Under the pieces are notes generated by a model that was not told where the DNA came from, did not search any database, and saw only the letters and a list, made by a program, of their open reading frames with translations. A DNA stretch of 64,000 nt, from NCBI GenBank assembly GCA_001661245.1, contig KV454013.1, positions 1,272,502 through 1,336,501 of the forward strand, written 5' to 3'. This DNA comes from Pachysolen tannophilus NRRL Y-2460 (Eukaryota). The stretch's first letter is position 1. Each line of letters begins with the position of its first letter. The translations under genes were made by a program, and so were the position numbers. Positions 48,469-60,000 of the stretch are shown in pieces.

Positions 48469-48534
48469 GAAAAAAAAAAAAAAAACAATTAAAAATTTGT
48501 ACATTTATAACTACTACTTAAAATAAATAAATAA

Positions 48535-48535
<1 letters not shown>

Positions 48536-48582
<47 letters not shown>
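48536..48582 (+). repeat. (AAAT)n microsatellite
   Basis: About 11 tandem AAAT units. Confidence 0.9.
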
Positions 48583-48634
48583 CAAGGTAGATAGATTGAT
48601 AAATAGATATTACGCGTAATTTTATCGAAGAATA

Positions 48635-49186
48635 ATGGACCAATCTCAACAATCCAAGAAATTGGTTGAACACTATTTACTTTCAAAATCTTCCTTTAAA
48701 ACTATAATAACAAAAGATCAATTTAAATTACAAGTAAACAAGGTGAATAAATCAGTTGATGATTCAACAATTGATGAATTATATAATTTATTAGCTTTCC
48801 AGAATAACAAAAGAGTAAAAGAGATCAGTCGAGCTATAAAACAAGATTTTCAAATTTCTGATATCAACAAGGATTTAACTAATAAAACACTGAATATCAA
48901 TACAAATCTGAGTTTTTCAGGAGAAGAAGAATTTTTATTACAAAGTGCTGATAAGGAAACATTAGAATCAGTTGTACAAGAATTAGAATTATTGAATGAT
49001 TGTTTAGGAAAAGAAATTCAAATAGTAGAATCACAATCATCTCAAATTTTACAAAATATAAATTCAACCATAGATGAGTTGAGTGATTTAAAATATGGAA
49101 AATTATTATTTATGTCTTCAATAGAAGAAGCTTGCAAATCATTAGAAAATTTAGAACAAAATATTATTAACAAAGTTTCTATATGA
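48635..49186 (+). CDS. NKP2: Probable kinetochore protein Nkp2/Cnl2 family
   Basis: N-terminal HYLLSKSSFKTIITKDQF and C-terminal IDELSDLKYG resemble Cnl2/Nkp2; convergent with TAD3 as for YLR315W/YLR316C; ACGCGT at 48612. Confidence 0.7.
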   Translation: MDQSQQSKKLVEHYLLSKSSFKTIITKDQFKLQVNKVNKSVDDSTIDELYNLLAFQNNKRVKEISRAIKQDFQISDINKDLTNKTLNINTNLSFSGEEEFLLQSADKETLESVVQELELLNDCLGKEIQIVESQSSQILQNINSTIDELSDLKYGKLLFMSSIEEACKSLENLEQNIINKVSI

Positions 49187-50277
49187 ACAAATTTTCATCA
49201 ACGTTACCTGTATGAAACTCATCTTTAGTACTGCACCATTTCCAACTATCAAATTTCCAATTTAAGTTATTGAATTTTTCAATACCAATACATAACCCAC
49301 TTGTCTTTTCTATGGCACCAGTTACAGGTGCAGATTTAATATATGTTAATTTCCCAATTCTTGAATGAACCAAAGCCATTGCACACATAGAGCATGGTTC
49401 ATGAGTTGTATAAACATGGTAGTTTAAACAAAGATAGTTTTTAATATTACAAGAATCAATATTAGTGTCTTTTTCTCCATGAGATTGTCTTCTTTGCAAT
49501 TCTTTGAGTGCAATTTCTTCTATACATTCAATAATAGTATGATTTAATGGGTTCTTCCATCTATTGTCAGTTTTTAAACTCATTGTTTCATTGGTGTTTG
49601 GATTTACAAAAAGAGTGACTATTGGAATTTCCTGTACAAAATTAATTATCGTTAGTATATAAAGAAATGCAATTTAAAAATAAAAGAAATTATTGTAGAC
49701 ATACCCCTTTATTTTCTAAACTTGATGAAATTTCACTAATTTTTTGTAAATATTTTTTCTCTCTTTCAATATCAATTTTAATTTGATTAAGCTCTTGAAT
49801 AATAGGATTACCTTTCCAAATAACTGGCCAATATTTTGCAGACCATTGCAAGGCCAAATCTTTTGAAGAAGGATAATTCTTAGGAACTTGAAAAATATTA
49901 ATTTCACTAGCTAGATCCAGATCGTATCTTACCAACATTGAAACAAGTTCATCTTTATTTTTGATATAGTCTTTGCTACAGACTAAAGTCAATAACTTAG
50001 TTGGAGTTTCTCCTTGTCGTATCTTTAATTGCTGAAATCTTTTCAAATATGGGAAATCAAGTGGATCGTTACCTGTAATATTCTCTTTAATAAATTTTAA
50101 TATAGAACTCGATTTTATCGAGGGAATCACCGCTACCCAAACTTCTTCCAATTGTACTTCATCATTTATTAAACCATTCTCGGTCCCAATTATTTTTTGC
50201 AAACAATCATCAAAAACATAGTTCTTCTCATCTATCTTGTGAAATGACCTATTTCTTCCACATTTTTTGTTCAACAT
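49179..50277 (-). CDS. TAD3: tRNA adenosine-34 deaminase non-catalytic subunit; exons 50277-49705 and 49631-49179
   Basis: WSAKYWPVIWKGNP; GTATGT..TACTAAC..CAG intron fuses two track ORFs in phase 0; HTI in place of catalytic HAE; EPCSMCAMALVHSRI. Confidence 0.92.
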
Positions 50278-50450
50278 CTTCTATTTTTTAATCCATATTA
50301 AAATTTATGACATTTCAAATGTTGTATTTTCAAAAATTCAAAATTTTTTCTGCATCAAATTTTGTTTTGTTTTGTTTTGTTTTTTTTTTTTTTTTTTTAC
50401 ATTATATAAATAACGCTTAATATCTCATCAAGTTAATTGATTTCTGATCA

Positions 50451-53051
50451 ATGATTACATTAGAACAGTTTTTTGCTGATAAGGAGATTCTAGAAGATAA
50501 TGATTACCAAGATTATATAGATCTATTAAAAAATTGTTTAATAACTGATCAATTGATAAAGAGGGATAATTTAGATATTCTTGATTCGATAAAGCAGCAG
50601 TTACTTAATCAAGAATCAAGTCATAATGAGTTGATAGACCATTTGTTATTGTTGTTATTAAAAAGAAAACAGAAAAATGTATTAGTTATGGGTTATGAAT
50701 TTGGAGGAGAATCAAGTGATGTTTCTTCAAAAATTTATTGCAGACATATAAATTTTCAAATTAGTTATTTAAAATCAACCGCGTTTAATATTTTACATTC
50801 TAGAATTGGTTCAAGATGTTTTATAGATTTATTGTTAGACCATAAAGGATTTTTACAAGTGAGAAACAGCAGGTCTGGAACTATCAATCATATTCAATTA
50901 TTTGGTGAAAATGGAATCTCTTTTGTTGGAAAAATTGTACCCAAAGATAGCTGGATCACAAAAGATTCAATGCTTTATAAAGAAGAACGTCAAGCTAAAA
51001 ATTTGAACCCAATGCTTGAGACGCCGAAAGAAATTTTAAGGTCAGTTTTTCACAAAGATTTTATTGGTAAAAGTCTGAAGTATATGCCAAAGAAATTCAG
51101 GAAATTTTATGGGTTATGCATAAAAATGATAAAAAATCATCAGCGATGCGATTATACTTATATAATAAATCATTATTGCCCTTTGAACAAAAATTTCAAA
51201 AATTATGATCTTAAATCTTCAAGCGATTATTATAAAGATGTAATTAGAGCTATTATATGCATTTATGACAAAGTTTTCCCTTTAGAACTTCTTGGCTCAA
51301 AATATAATAAACAAGTTCTTTTTTCCAAGATATCAAAATTTATAGGTGGAACTACAAAAGATAAGATTTTGATAACATCACTCTTGGATGATATTAGAAT
51401 TAAAGATATAAGTTGGCTAAGCACTAATGTGACTAATCAGCTGAAAATGAATAAACACGATTTTGAAAAAAGGAAAAAATTGATGACTTCTTTTTTGGAA
51501 TGGGTTTTTAAATATTATCTTTCAAAATTGGTACTGTGTTTTTGGCATGTTACCGAGGGCTCACAAACATCATCTTTATTTTTCTACAGACATCATGTTT
51601 GGAAAAAATTGTCAAAACCATTTATGGATAGATATTTTGAAAAATATTTATCAGAAGAAAGTTCTAACCAATGCGATTCTCATTATTCTTTCAAGAGTTC
51701 TAAAATTATACACGGAAAATTGAGATTACTACCAAAATCAAATGATTTTAGAGTCATAAGTATTCCAATGAAAGGTGATACAGAAGATAAATTTCATTAC
51801 TTGAATTTTCTAAATAATGAGATAAAGCCTGTCAGAGAAATATTGAAAGATTTAAGAAGAAAAAGTGACTTGTCCAATCAACGTTGTTTTGCCATAGATG
51901 ATATTACTAAAAAGTTGTCAAATTATAGGACGGAATTGATTCTGTGTAATGGTGAAATACCAGAATTGTTTTTCATAAAATTTGACGTTAAATCTTGTTA
52001 TGATACTATTCCCAAGGAAAAAGTACTCTCGTGTACAGAAAAGTTATTAGACAAAACTGAATACTTTCTATATAGAAATTTGGCTATTGGATCCGAAAAA
52101 AACCTACATTTTTTCAAACAGTCGAGTTTTATAACAAGTTTAAATAATGTTGAAGCCTTAAATTTTGTGGAAAATGGAATTGAAAAGTTCAAAAATAAGT
52201 TGATCGTTGATAAGATAAAAACTATAATTTTCAGCAGGGATGAAATTATGAAAGTCATTCACCAGCAAATTGATGATCTTTCTATTGTTATAAGAGGACG
52301 TTGTTATGGGAGAAAAAATGGATTATTTCAAGGGTTTCCGTTGTCTGCAGTTTTTTGCGATATTGTATATGATCAACTAGTAGAAGAAAAATTCCGTTAT
52401 TTATTGAAAGATAAAGATAGTTTGGTATTGAGATTAGCAGATGACTTTTTGATATTCTCCACAGACCCACGCAAGATCCATCAGACTTATAAATTGATCG
52501 AAACAGGATTTATGGATTATTCTATGAAAGTCAATAGAGACAAAACAATTTTCAAAATGAAGCTGAGAGCGCTGAAATCTATAGTGACTTTTTGTGGCTT
52601 GAATATAAATACTGTAAACTTGTCTGCAGTAAAAGATGGAGACTCATATGGTAATCTCAACTTTCTTGGAAGATCGTATAAAGGACTATATGACCGTCTA
52701 TTTTGGTTATTTAGTATGAGATTAACAAATCAAATGATTGATGTATCATGCGAGGAATCCGTGTTGGAGAACATTTTCATTGCTACTAAAAGTATTTTAA
52801 ACTCTTTTAAAATCTCGTCCAGGAATTTAAGGGGAATAGATGTTTTTGACGAATACCAGTTTTTACTATTTTGCCAAAGAATGGATACCTTTGTTGAGAT
52901 GAAATTAAATTTATTAGAAAATTATAATTGCAATTACTTCAAATTTAAGAAAGAAGGAAAACTGCAATTTGTAAAAGCAATATTTTCGGAATTACTACCG
53001 GTTCAGACAAAGTACAGAACTGTAATCTCTAAACTTCTGTTTCAAATTTAA
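50451..53051 (+). CDS. EST2: Telomerase reverse transcriptase
   Basis: NVLVMGY, CP motif, T motif FWHVTE, LRLLPK/FRVI, motif A KFDVKSCYDTI, B' GLFQGFPLS, C LRLADDFL, E FCG; syntenic with TAD3 and BUD6. Confidence 0.95.
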   Translation: MITLEQFFADKEILEDNDYQDYIDLLKNCLITDQLIKRDNLDILDSIKQQLLNQESSHNELIDHLLLLLLKRKQKNVLVMGYEFGGESSDVSSKIYCRHINFQISYLKSTAFNILHSRIGSRCFIDLLLDHKGFLQVRNSRSGTINHIQLFGENGISFVGKIVPKDSWITKDSMLYKEERQAKNLNPMLETPKEILRSVFHKDFIGKSLKYMPKKFRKFYGLCIKMIKNHQRCDYTYIINHYCPLNKNFKNYDLKSSSDYYKDVIRAIICIYDKVFPLELLGSKYNKQVLFSKISKFIGGTTKDKILITSLLDDIRIKDISWLSTNVTNQLKMNKHDFEKRKKLMTSFLEWVFKYYLSKLVLCFWHVTEGSQTSSLFFYRHHVWKKLSKPFMDRYFEKYLSEESSNQCDSHYSFKSSKIIHGKLRLLPKSNDFRVISIPMKGDTEDKFHYLNFLNNEIKPVREILKDLRRKSDLSNQRCFAIDDITKKLSNYRTELILCNGEIPELFFIKFDVKSCYDTIPKEKVLSCTEKLLDKTEYFLYRNLAIGSEKNLHFFKQSSFITSLNNVEALNFVENGIEKFKNKLIVDKIKTIIFSRDEIMKVIHQQIDDLSIVIRGRCYGRKNGLFQGFPLSAVFCDIVYDQLVEEKFRYLLKDKDSLVLRLADDFLIFSTDPRKIHQTYKLIETGFMDYSMKVNRDKTIFKMKLRALKSIVTFCGLNINTVNLSAVKDGDSYGNLNFLGRSYKGLYDRLFWLFSMRLTNQMIDVSCEESVLENIFIATKSILNSFKISSRNLRGIDVFDEYQFLLFCQRMDTFVEMKLNLLENYNCNYFKFKKEGKLQFVKAIFSELLPVQTKYRTVISKLLFQI

Positions 53052-53061
53052 AAACTATCGA

Positions 53062-54105
53062 TCATATGATATCAACTATACGGTTGCAACCAACTAGTCC
53101 ATATTTATCACTAGTATATAATCCACTTTCAATTAATTTTAACTCAGTCTCTTTCCAGTACTCAAATTTTAAACTCGTTTTCAAATCTAAGTCAATAAGT
53201 TTACAATCAACTTCAAAAAAAGAATCATTATTGATACTTATTAAAGTCTTTGGTTTATCTACTGTATCTTTAACTATATCATAATTATTTCTCGACAAAC
53301 TGTGAATATTCAAAAAAAGGGTAACATCACGTAAGGTCTGGCTCTCAATTAATTCGATAGGAACTTCATCGGCTGATTTTAAATTTAGTATTCTTCTGTT
53401 ATATGACTCTCTGCTTGAATCATAATACCGGTTCTGTAACATGAATAGATACCCAATTATTTTATTTTTCATAAAAAACTCAGTCAATATGAGTTCTAAT
53501 GAATTTATGTAATTAATAGAGTGTTCTGAATCACGTAATTTTTGAACAATTCTTTTACTCCAATTTGGTATTTTATTCTCACATAATAAATCCAAAGGAC
53601 AATTGATAATTTGCTTACCTCTGTATTTACTCAAGCAGCAATTTCTGCAATTCCTGGTTTTCAAATTATATAGCCATTTTGGTTTCATCTCGAGGACTAA
53701 TTCCGAATCACCATAATGTACTTTGAGATGGTTTCCTAGGTGCACAGTATTATTCACTTCATTTAAAAGATTTGGCATCAAAATTCCATGATTTCTAGCA
53801 AAAATACTGATTAATAATATTTCACCATTCGTAGAAGCAGGTACAGCAAGTTCTGGATTTGTTTTGATCAACTTGTGGTTTAAATCAAGCAAAAACTTGC
53901 TGGACAACTCAATGCACTTTGAATGTAGAAAATAATCTTTCAACAAGTCAGATTTTATTCTCTCATCACAATTTTTATTTCCAACTCTTTTTAACCTCAA
54001 TAATTTTTTAGTAAGATTAGGATCACTATTTCCAACATATTTTAGTAATATATTTGCGTTACCGCTTGAAAAATATACCCATTCTCTGGCGTCAAAAGTA
54101 GTCAT
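53062..54105 (-). CDS. IPK1: Inositol pentakisphosphate 2-kinase
   Basis: YFSSGNANIL, LEMKPKWL, CRNC, CPLDL, TLRDVT, IDLDLK motifs. Confidence 0.9.
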   Translation of the reverse strand: MTTFDAREWVYFSSGNANILLKYVGNSDPNLTKKLLRLKRVGNKNCDERIKSDLLKDYFLHSKCIELSSKFLLDLNHKLIKTNPELAVPASTNGEILLISIFARNHGILMPNLLNEVNNTVHLGNHLKVHYGDSELVLEMKPKWLYNLKTRNCRNCCLSKYRGKQIINCPLDLLCENKIPNWSKRIVQKLRDSEHSINYINSLELILTEFFMKNKIIGYLFMLQNRYYDSSRESYNRRILNLKSADEVPIELIESQTLRDVTLFLNIHSLSRNNYDIVKDTVDKPKTLISINNDSFFEVDCKLIDLDLKTSLKFEYWKETELKLIESGLYTSDKYGLVGCNRIVDII

Positions 54106-54415
54106 TATATTTATTACATAGAAACAAAAATTACAACTTGAAATTAAATCTATTCATCTTGCTTTAACTATATTACTCTGTTTTATTTAAGACCCCCGAG
54201 TGTCACTTCTAATGAACTCTGTTCAACAACTAATTGTTTAATCAATTAAATAGATCTTGATCTAGTACTAGTCAACACGAGAAAGTTTGATATTTCCCAA
54301 ACTACTCAATGTAATAGTAATCGAACAATTTATTCAACTCAGTTTCTGCTATTTTATTAAGACATGTTGACATATATAATTACACACTGAACAATATGCT
54401 TGATTTATCTTGTGT

Positions 54416-56768
54416 TCAGAATTCAGAAAACTGGCTCTTCAAATTTTGTTCATCTTTTAATTTTCTAAGTCTTTCTGTTTCTTCTATTCCACCAGATTTT
54501 TTCAATTTATTAGCACCAACAAAACCACCCAACTCTTCTTGAAAATTGTCAGTCATAGTCATCATCTTTTGCATTTCTCTTAATCTTTCTGCTTTCGCTA
54601 TAGCTTCCACCCTACCTTCATGATTAGGCTGCAATGCAACAACTTCTGATAACAAGGCATCTCTGATACCTGTTATACTTTCACCGGGTTCAGGAATTGG
54701 CAAATTCGGAATTGCTTTGAAATTAGGATTTTTGGTAAGTTGAACAGAGCATTCTTTAACTAATTCAAATGTTTCAAATGCCTTTTCTAGATCCTCTTTA
54801 AGATCCATTACTAACTCTTCTTGCAAGTTAAAGAATTGTTGTTCTTCACAAACAGTATTCAATTCGCTTTCCCAAATTTTTTTCCAATTTTGCTTTTCAG
54901 TTGAAATATATTCTTTTACTTTCTCTAAATTTTCATTAGCAGAAATCAATTCTTTAGAAATAAACAGCAATTGCTTCTGAGGAGGTCTTGCACGCCTTTG
55001 GGCGACGTCTTTCCTTAAAGCTTCAATGATGTCTTGTATATCATCCGTCCTGGTCAACAAGTTTTCACAATCTGTTGATAATTTTGAATGACAGCTTTCC
55101 ATATATACTCTGTTCGAGGACTTTGAAATGTTATAACTGGATGATTGGAATTCCTTGACTTTTTCTATTAAAGATGCTATTGTATCTTTGAACGTTGACT
55201 TATTTGTAGAACTAATCTGTTTAATAACAGTTAACTCTCGCCGTATATCTTCAATTTCTTTGAGGTTTGTATTTACTACAGAACTTGACTTCAGAACTGG
55301 TACATGAATTTCCTTTTCGTGTTCTTCTTCCACTGAATTCTTATCGCTCTTACCTGAATTTGTCACAATAGTTTGAATATTTGATAAAAGACTTTCTTGC
55401 ATCAGCGACATTTGCAATTTCAAAGAATCCATTTGAGCTTCCAAATTCTTTACTGCGAATGTGGTTGACTCTGGTTCATTCAATGATAATAAAGAACCAG
55501 GCTGAATATCATTTAAATATTGTTCTTCCAATTCATATGATACGTTTGAATTTGGGTCTTGAATATACAACTCTGGGAAAGAATCTGTTCCTGGAGAATA
55601 TGCAAATCTTTCAACAAATAGCAATCTTAAAGATGGAAACGTTATTGGAAATTCAATCTTTGCTTTTTTCACTTTTTGATTTATCTTTAAATATATTAAA
55701 ATTTCCTCATTATTTTGTTCCTCTCTGTGTTGTTGCGGCACTGGTTTACCATCTTCCAGCGAGGAAAAATTGTTATTTAATAATGAAGATCTTTTTGTTG
55801 GAGTATCATAAATTTTTTCATTTATATTTCCAGGTAAATCAGAGTCTCTATCTGGGGTGAAACTTGTTAGTTTAGCGTACTGATAAGCAGAAAATCTTTT
55901 GGACGCCCTTCTTTTCAACGAATCACCCTGTTGCAATTGTGATAGCAAATCTTTGGAATCTCTTTTATTCAAGATTTCTGGATTAGAGATAGAACTTAAT
56001 GATTGGGGTTGATAAAATGAAGAATGCGAGGATGAATTTTCTTGAATTGAATTGTTATCAGAAATATCGGTCGTAGTTCCAGCTGCAACTTCTAGAGTCT
56101 TTGAAAATTGGGAGGGAGTGCTTTCGCTGCTATTTGGGTATAACAGTGGACTTGGAATTGATCTAATATTTTGTTGACTTTCTTGTTGTTGTTGTTTCTG
56201 TTGCTGTTGCTGTTGTTGTTGTTGTTGTTGTTGATAAATCTTTGCAGAGGCTTGTTTTTTCTTCAAGTTTTGTAATAGATTAACAATTATTTCTCTAATT
56301 GAAGGTAGAAAATTATCTAAACTTTCCTGGGATGGCTCTTCGCACAAAGCTTCTTCTAACACCAATCTCAAAGTATGAGGCACATCTCCTAAATCGCTGA
56401 CATCGACTCCAGAATTTGAAAAAGATCGACAAGCAATCTTGAATTCATTACCAAGATTAACATAACAATCAGAAACATCATTTTCAGTGGCCTCACGTTT
56501 CGCCCATTGTGTAAGACTTTCCAACAATTTTTTAGTAGCAACTAGTAACCTTGTAACACTTGATTCAATTGTAATCTACATAGATAATACATTCATTCAA
56601 AGTTTGAAACTCGAGTTAGCATATGATCTAAAATCACAAATTACTAAAATACCAAAGAAAATAAAAAATAAAATTAAAAAAAAAAAAAATCTAACTTACT
56701 GATTGTTTCTGTTTAGATATCGAGGCCATCTCACCATTGGAATTTCCATTCGACAGAGGCATTTGCAT
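54416..56768 (-). CDS. BUD6: Actin/formin-interacting polarity protein; exons 56768-56700 and 56575-54416
   Basis: GTAAGT..TGCTAAC..TAG intron restores IESSVTRLLVATK; LKRRASKRFSAYQ, LRLLFVERFAYSPG, WKKIWESEL, KLKKSGGIEE; poly-Q tract. Confidence 0.93.
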
Positions 56769-57064
56769 TCAACACCAACTGATCTGTTTCTCTCTATATG
56801 AACTCAATGTTCTTACTTATAATAATAAACTCATCAACTTCTTCTTCTTCTTCTTGTATATTGGCGCTTAATTTATTGAAGTCTGCACAGAATTTGATAT
56901 TCTGGAAACGACTTTTGTTTTTTTTTGATATAAAATATTTAACGGCGCGTAATTCTTTTCTCTGTAATCTAAAGGATTTAAACAAAGGGTATTTCGAATT
57001 CGAAAGAGATTACAAGATAGAAAAAGGAATATTGAATGAGTATATAGCTTTGAATGTGCTGGAA

Positions 57065-60000
57065 ATGGATGTCATTCCAGATTCAGATGTTGAATTGGAA
57101 GTTTTAGGAGTTCCGGTACCGAATGACGATGATGATGATGATGATAATAATAATAATAATAATAATAATATTGAAATTGCTAATAACTCAAATAGAAATG
57201 AGATAGATGATGATAAGGGGAATGAGAATTTATCATTTAGAAGATCTGTATCACCATTAGAGACTACTAGAAACCTTAGACGAAGCGATTTTTTCAAGCG
57301 CCATGTATATACTGTTGATTTTGCGTTATATTTGAAATTATCTACAAGACAAAAATTACAAGAATTATCCAAATTATTAACTGATGAAGAAATTTTAAAA
57401 TATTTGAATAATAGATTTTTAAGAAATAGAAGGAAATATTTGAAAAGGAATACAAATAATGTATTTACCAAATCTGAAAATTTAAATGAATCTATAGAAA
57501 AATATAAACGTAATGGGAGATCATTTTATAATTTTGCTGCCAACTTTACCTCCGATTCAGAATCAGAAGATGAAATTGATAATCTTAATTCTTTAAACAA
57601 GAAGACGATTGATGATATGAATAATATACTGGATAATAGGGATCCCATAAATTTGTTAATTTCCGCGGAAAACCCAAGAGAAAAAGAGCACATGAAAAAA
57701 TTGAAACCCGTTACTAACATTAATCTTGATAATAATGAACACCCTCTAGAACCAGTAACCTTAACAGACCCAGAAGAAGATATTATAGACCAGCGACATG
57801 AAAATAGTAACGACGAAGAAGAAATTGAAGAAATTGAAGAAATAGAAGAAAAAGAAGAAGATGAAAAGAAAGAGGATAAAGAACCTGTACATAATGCCAT
57901 AAATGTTGACCAACAAATCAACTTTGAAAACTTTGTTGAAAGACCTTCCAGAGGTCTTCGACAAAAGAAATTCTCTCAAAATCATATTTATACTGTTGAT
58001 CTTGCTTCTGTTTTAAATTTATCCACAACGACAGAATTGGATGATTTATCTAAAAATGGGAAATCAGAAGAAGAAATAATGGATCTTTTAAACAAATTAT
58101 ATTTAAAACAAAAAAGAAAAAATAACGGTGATAAATATCGGTATAATTCTTTTTCTGAACATTTATTTAGCTATGCTGCAAGATTTGATCGAAATAGAAG
58201 CCATGAATTCCACAGTGATAATGGAGAAAATCAAAATCGTCTTAGAAGAAAATCAGTTGAAATTGAATCTCATTCCCAAGATTCTGATTTCAATCCAAAT
58301 GAATTGTCAAACAATGAAGATGAAAATAGTTATAAAGATGATGAACAAAACATCGCTTATGAATTAATGGAACATGCAAACCAACCTTCACTTGAAACTT
58401 ATCTTTCAAGGTTGGAATTACACTCAGAAAGCGAAATTCAGCAAGAATACAGCGATGAGGAAGAAAGAGAATATAAGAAATTTGCGAAAAAGTTAAAAGG
58501 TGTCCTTCCAGGATCTTATTTAAAACAAAATTGGACCTCTAGAATTGAAAATCAACATTCAAAGAGATATCGTATACAAGCTGATAGAAGAGGTTTGGCT
58601 AAAAGGAAAAGGCAAAAAATTTCGCACTTGAGTTCTAAAGACAGTAATAGTAATGATTATGATAAAAATTTTATAAATGATCTTGAGTTGGATGAGAATG
58701 ATGATAATTTAGAATTCTATCATCGTAACAATGTTAACGTTGAAACTGGCTCAAACGGACAAGAAGATCTTGAAGTCATAGTGATTTCGCCGGATGAAGA
58801 CGAACAACAACAATATGAGAGTATCGAGGAGTTTGAAGATACTGAAATTTTACCAGACAGTAAATTTGAAAGCTCTTCTTTTGATCTATTTGGTTTTGCC
58901 GAAGAGGATTACTCGAGTGGTATAAACTATATGCTTAGCAGAAACAACAGGACAAATTCAGATATAAAGAAACAAAGATCACTGTCTTCGAAAAGATATG
59001 ATAAAAGATTCACAACACCAAAAAAAAAGACTACAATGTTTCTAGAATACTGACATTACCTTTATCTTACCGATCAAAAAACAATAGAAAGTGGACACAG
59101 CAACAACTTCCTTTTAGGGAGATTGGACTAGATGATGACGAAGAAGATATTCTGTCAGCTGCAAGGGTCGACAGCTATATTAATTCATTATCGTCATATT
59201 CATCTTCATCTTTAACTTCAGAATTGGAATCACTTAGAGCAACAGATAGAAAGTTTCATAAGAATGGCAATAAAATAAAGAATATTAATCAAAATAGGGC
59301 GAGGCCTTTTATGTTACCTTTATCAGGTACTTCAAGAAATAATGGTGAATCATCTAGCTTCCAACAAAATGATTTTTTAAGAAAAAAGAAAAATGAAATT
59401 ACTAATAAAAAACTGCAGTCCCATTTTGGTATACTTCCAGATCTAAATAAGTTTGAGCTTTCTAGAAATGCGCAAATGTTAACAACGATAGTAGAATCTC
59501 GAACAAACAAATACAGGTTGTTAAATAAAAACGTTACCAATTCAAAAAGCCACCTAGCTCCATTGGAACCTACGAAATATTATGAAAGAGGAAATTTACG
59601 TTCCCATAATGATGAAGATAATATTTACGATTATTTCAAAAACAATTATATCACAGAAGGAAAAAAGTCAGATTATGGAATTGTTCACGATTTAGTACAT
59701 GAGTGCGATGATTATTCTAATAAAGACTCTGTTTTCAGTGAAATCTTGAAAATTCAATTTTCATTCAACTCATCAATAGACACTATTAGAATCAATATAA
59801 AAGATAACAATTTTATATTAACCAAATTCAATCTGGAATCATCACGTCAAAATATCAAAAAGTCAGTTGAAGCACTGTATGACGTTTTGAAAAGTTATAT
59901 ATTACGAAAAGGCTCTATTGACGAAAATGAATTATATATATTTTTGAAGAAACTATGTAAGTACGTGCTTATCACTTCAGATGTATCGTACCTGGATTCT

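Noticed and set aside
50451..53051. Reverse transcriptase as a retroelement or novel RT system
   Set aside because: CP/T motifs, absence of gag/integrase/RNase H, and TAD3-BUD6 synteny identify ordinary telomerase Est2.
56798..57064. 89-aa N-terminal extension of MMS22 in the ORF track
   Set aside because: It occupies the BUD6/MMS22 divergent promoter, starting 30 bp from the BUD6 ATG; MDVIPDSD at 57065 is the more plausible start.
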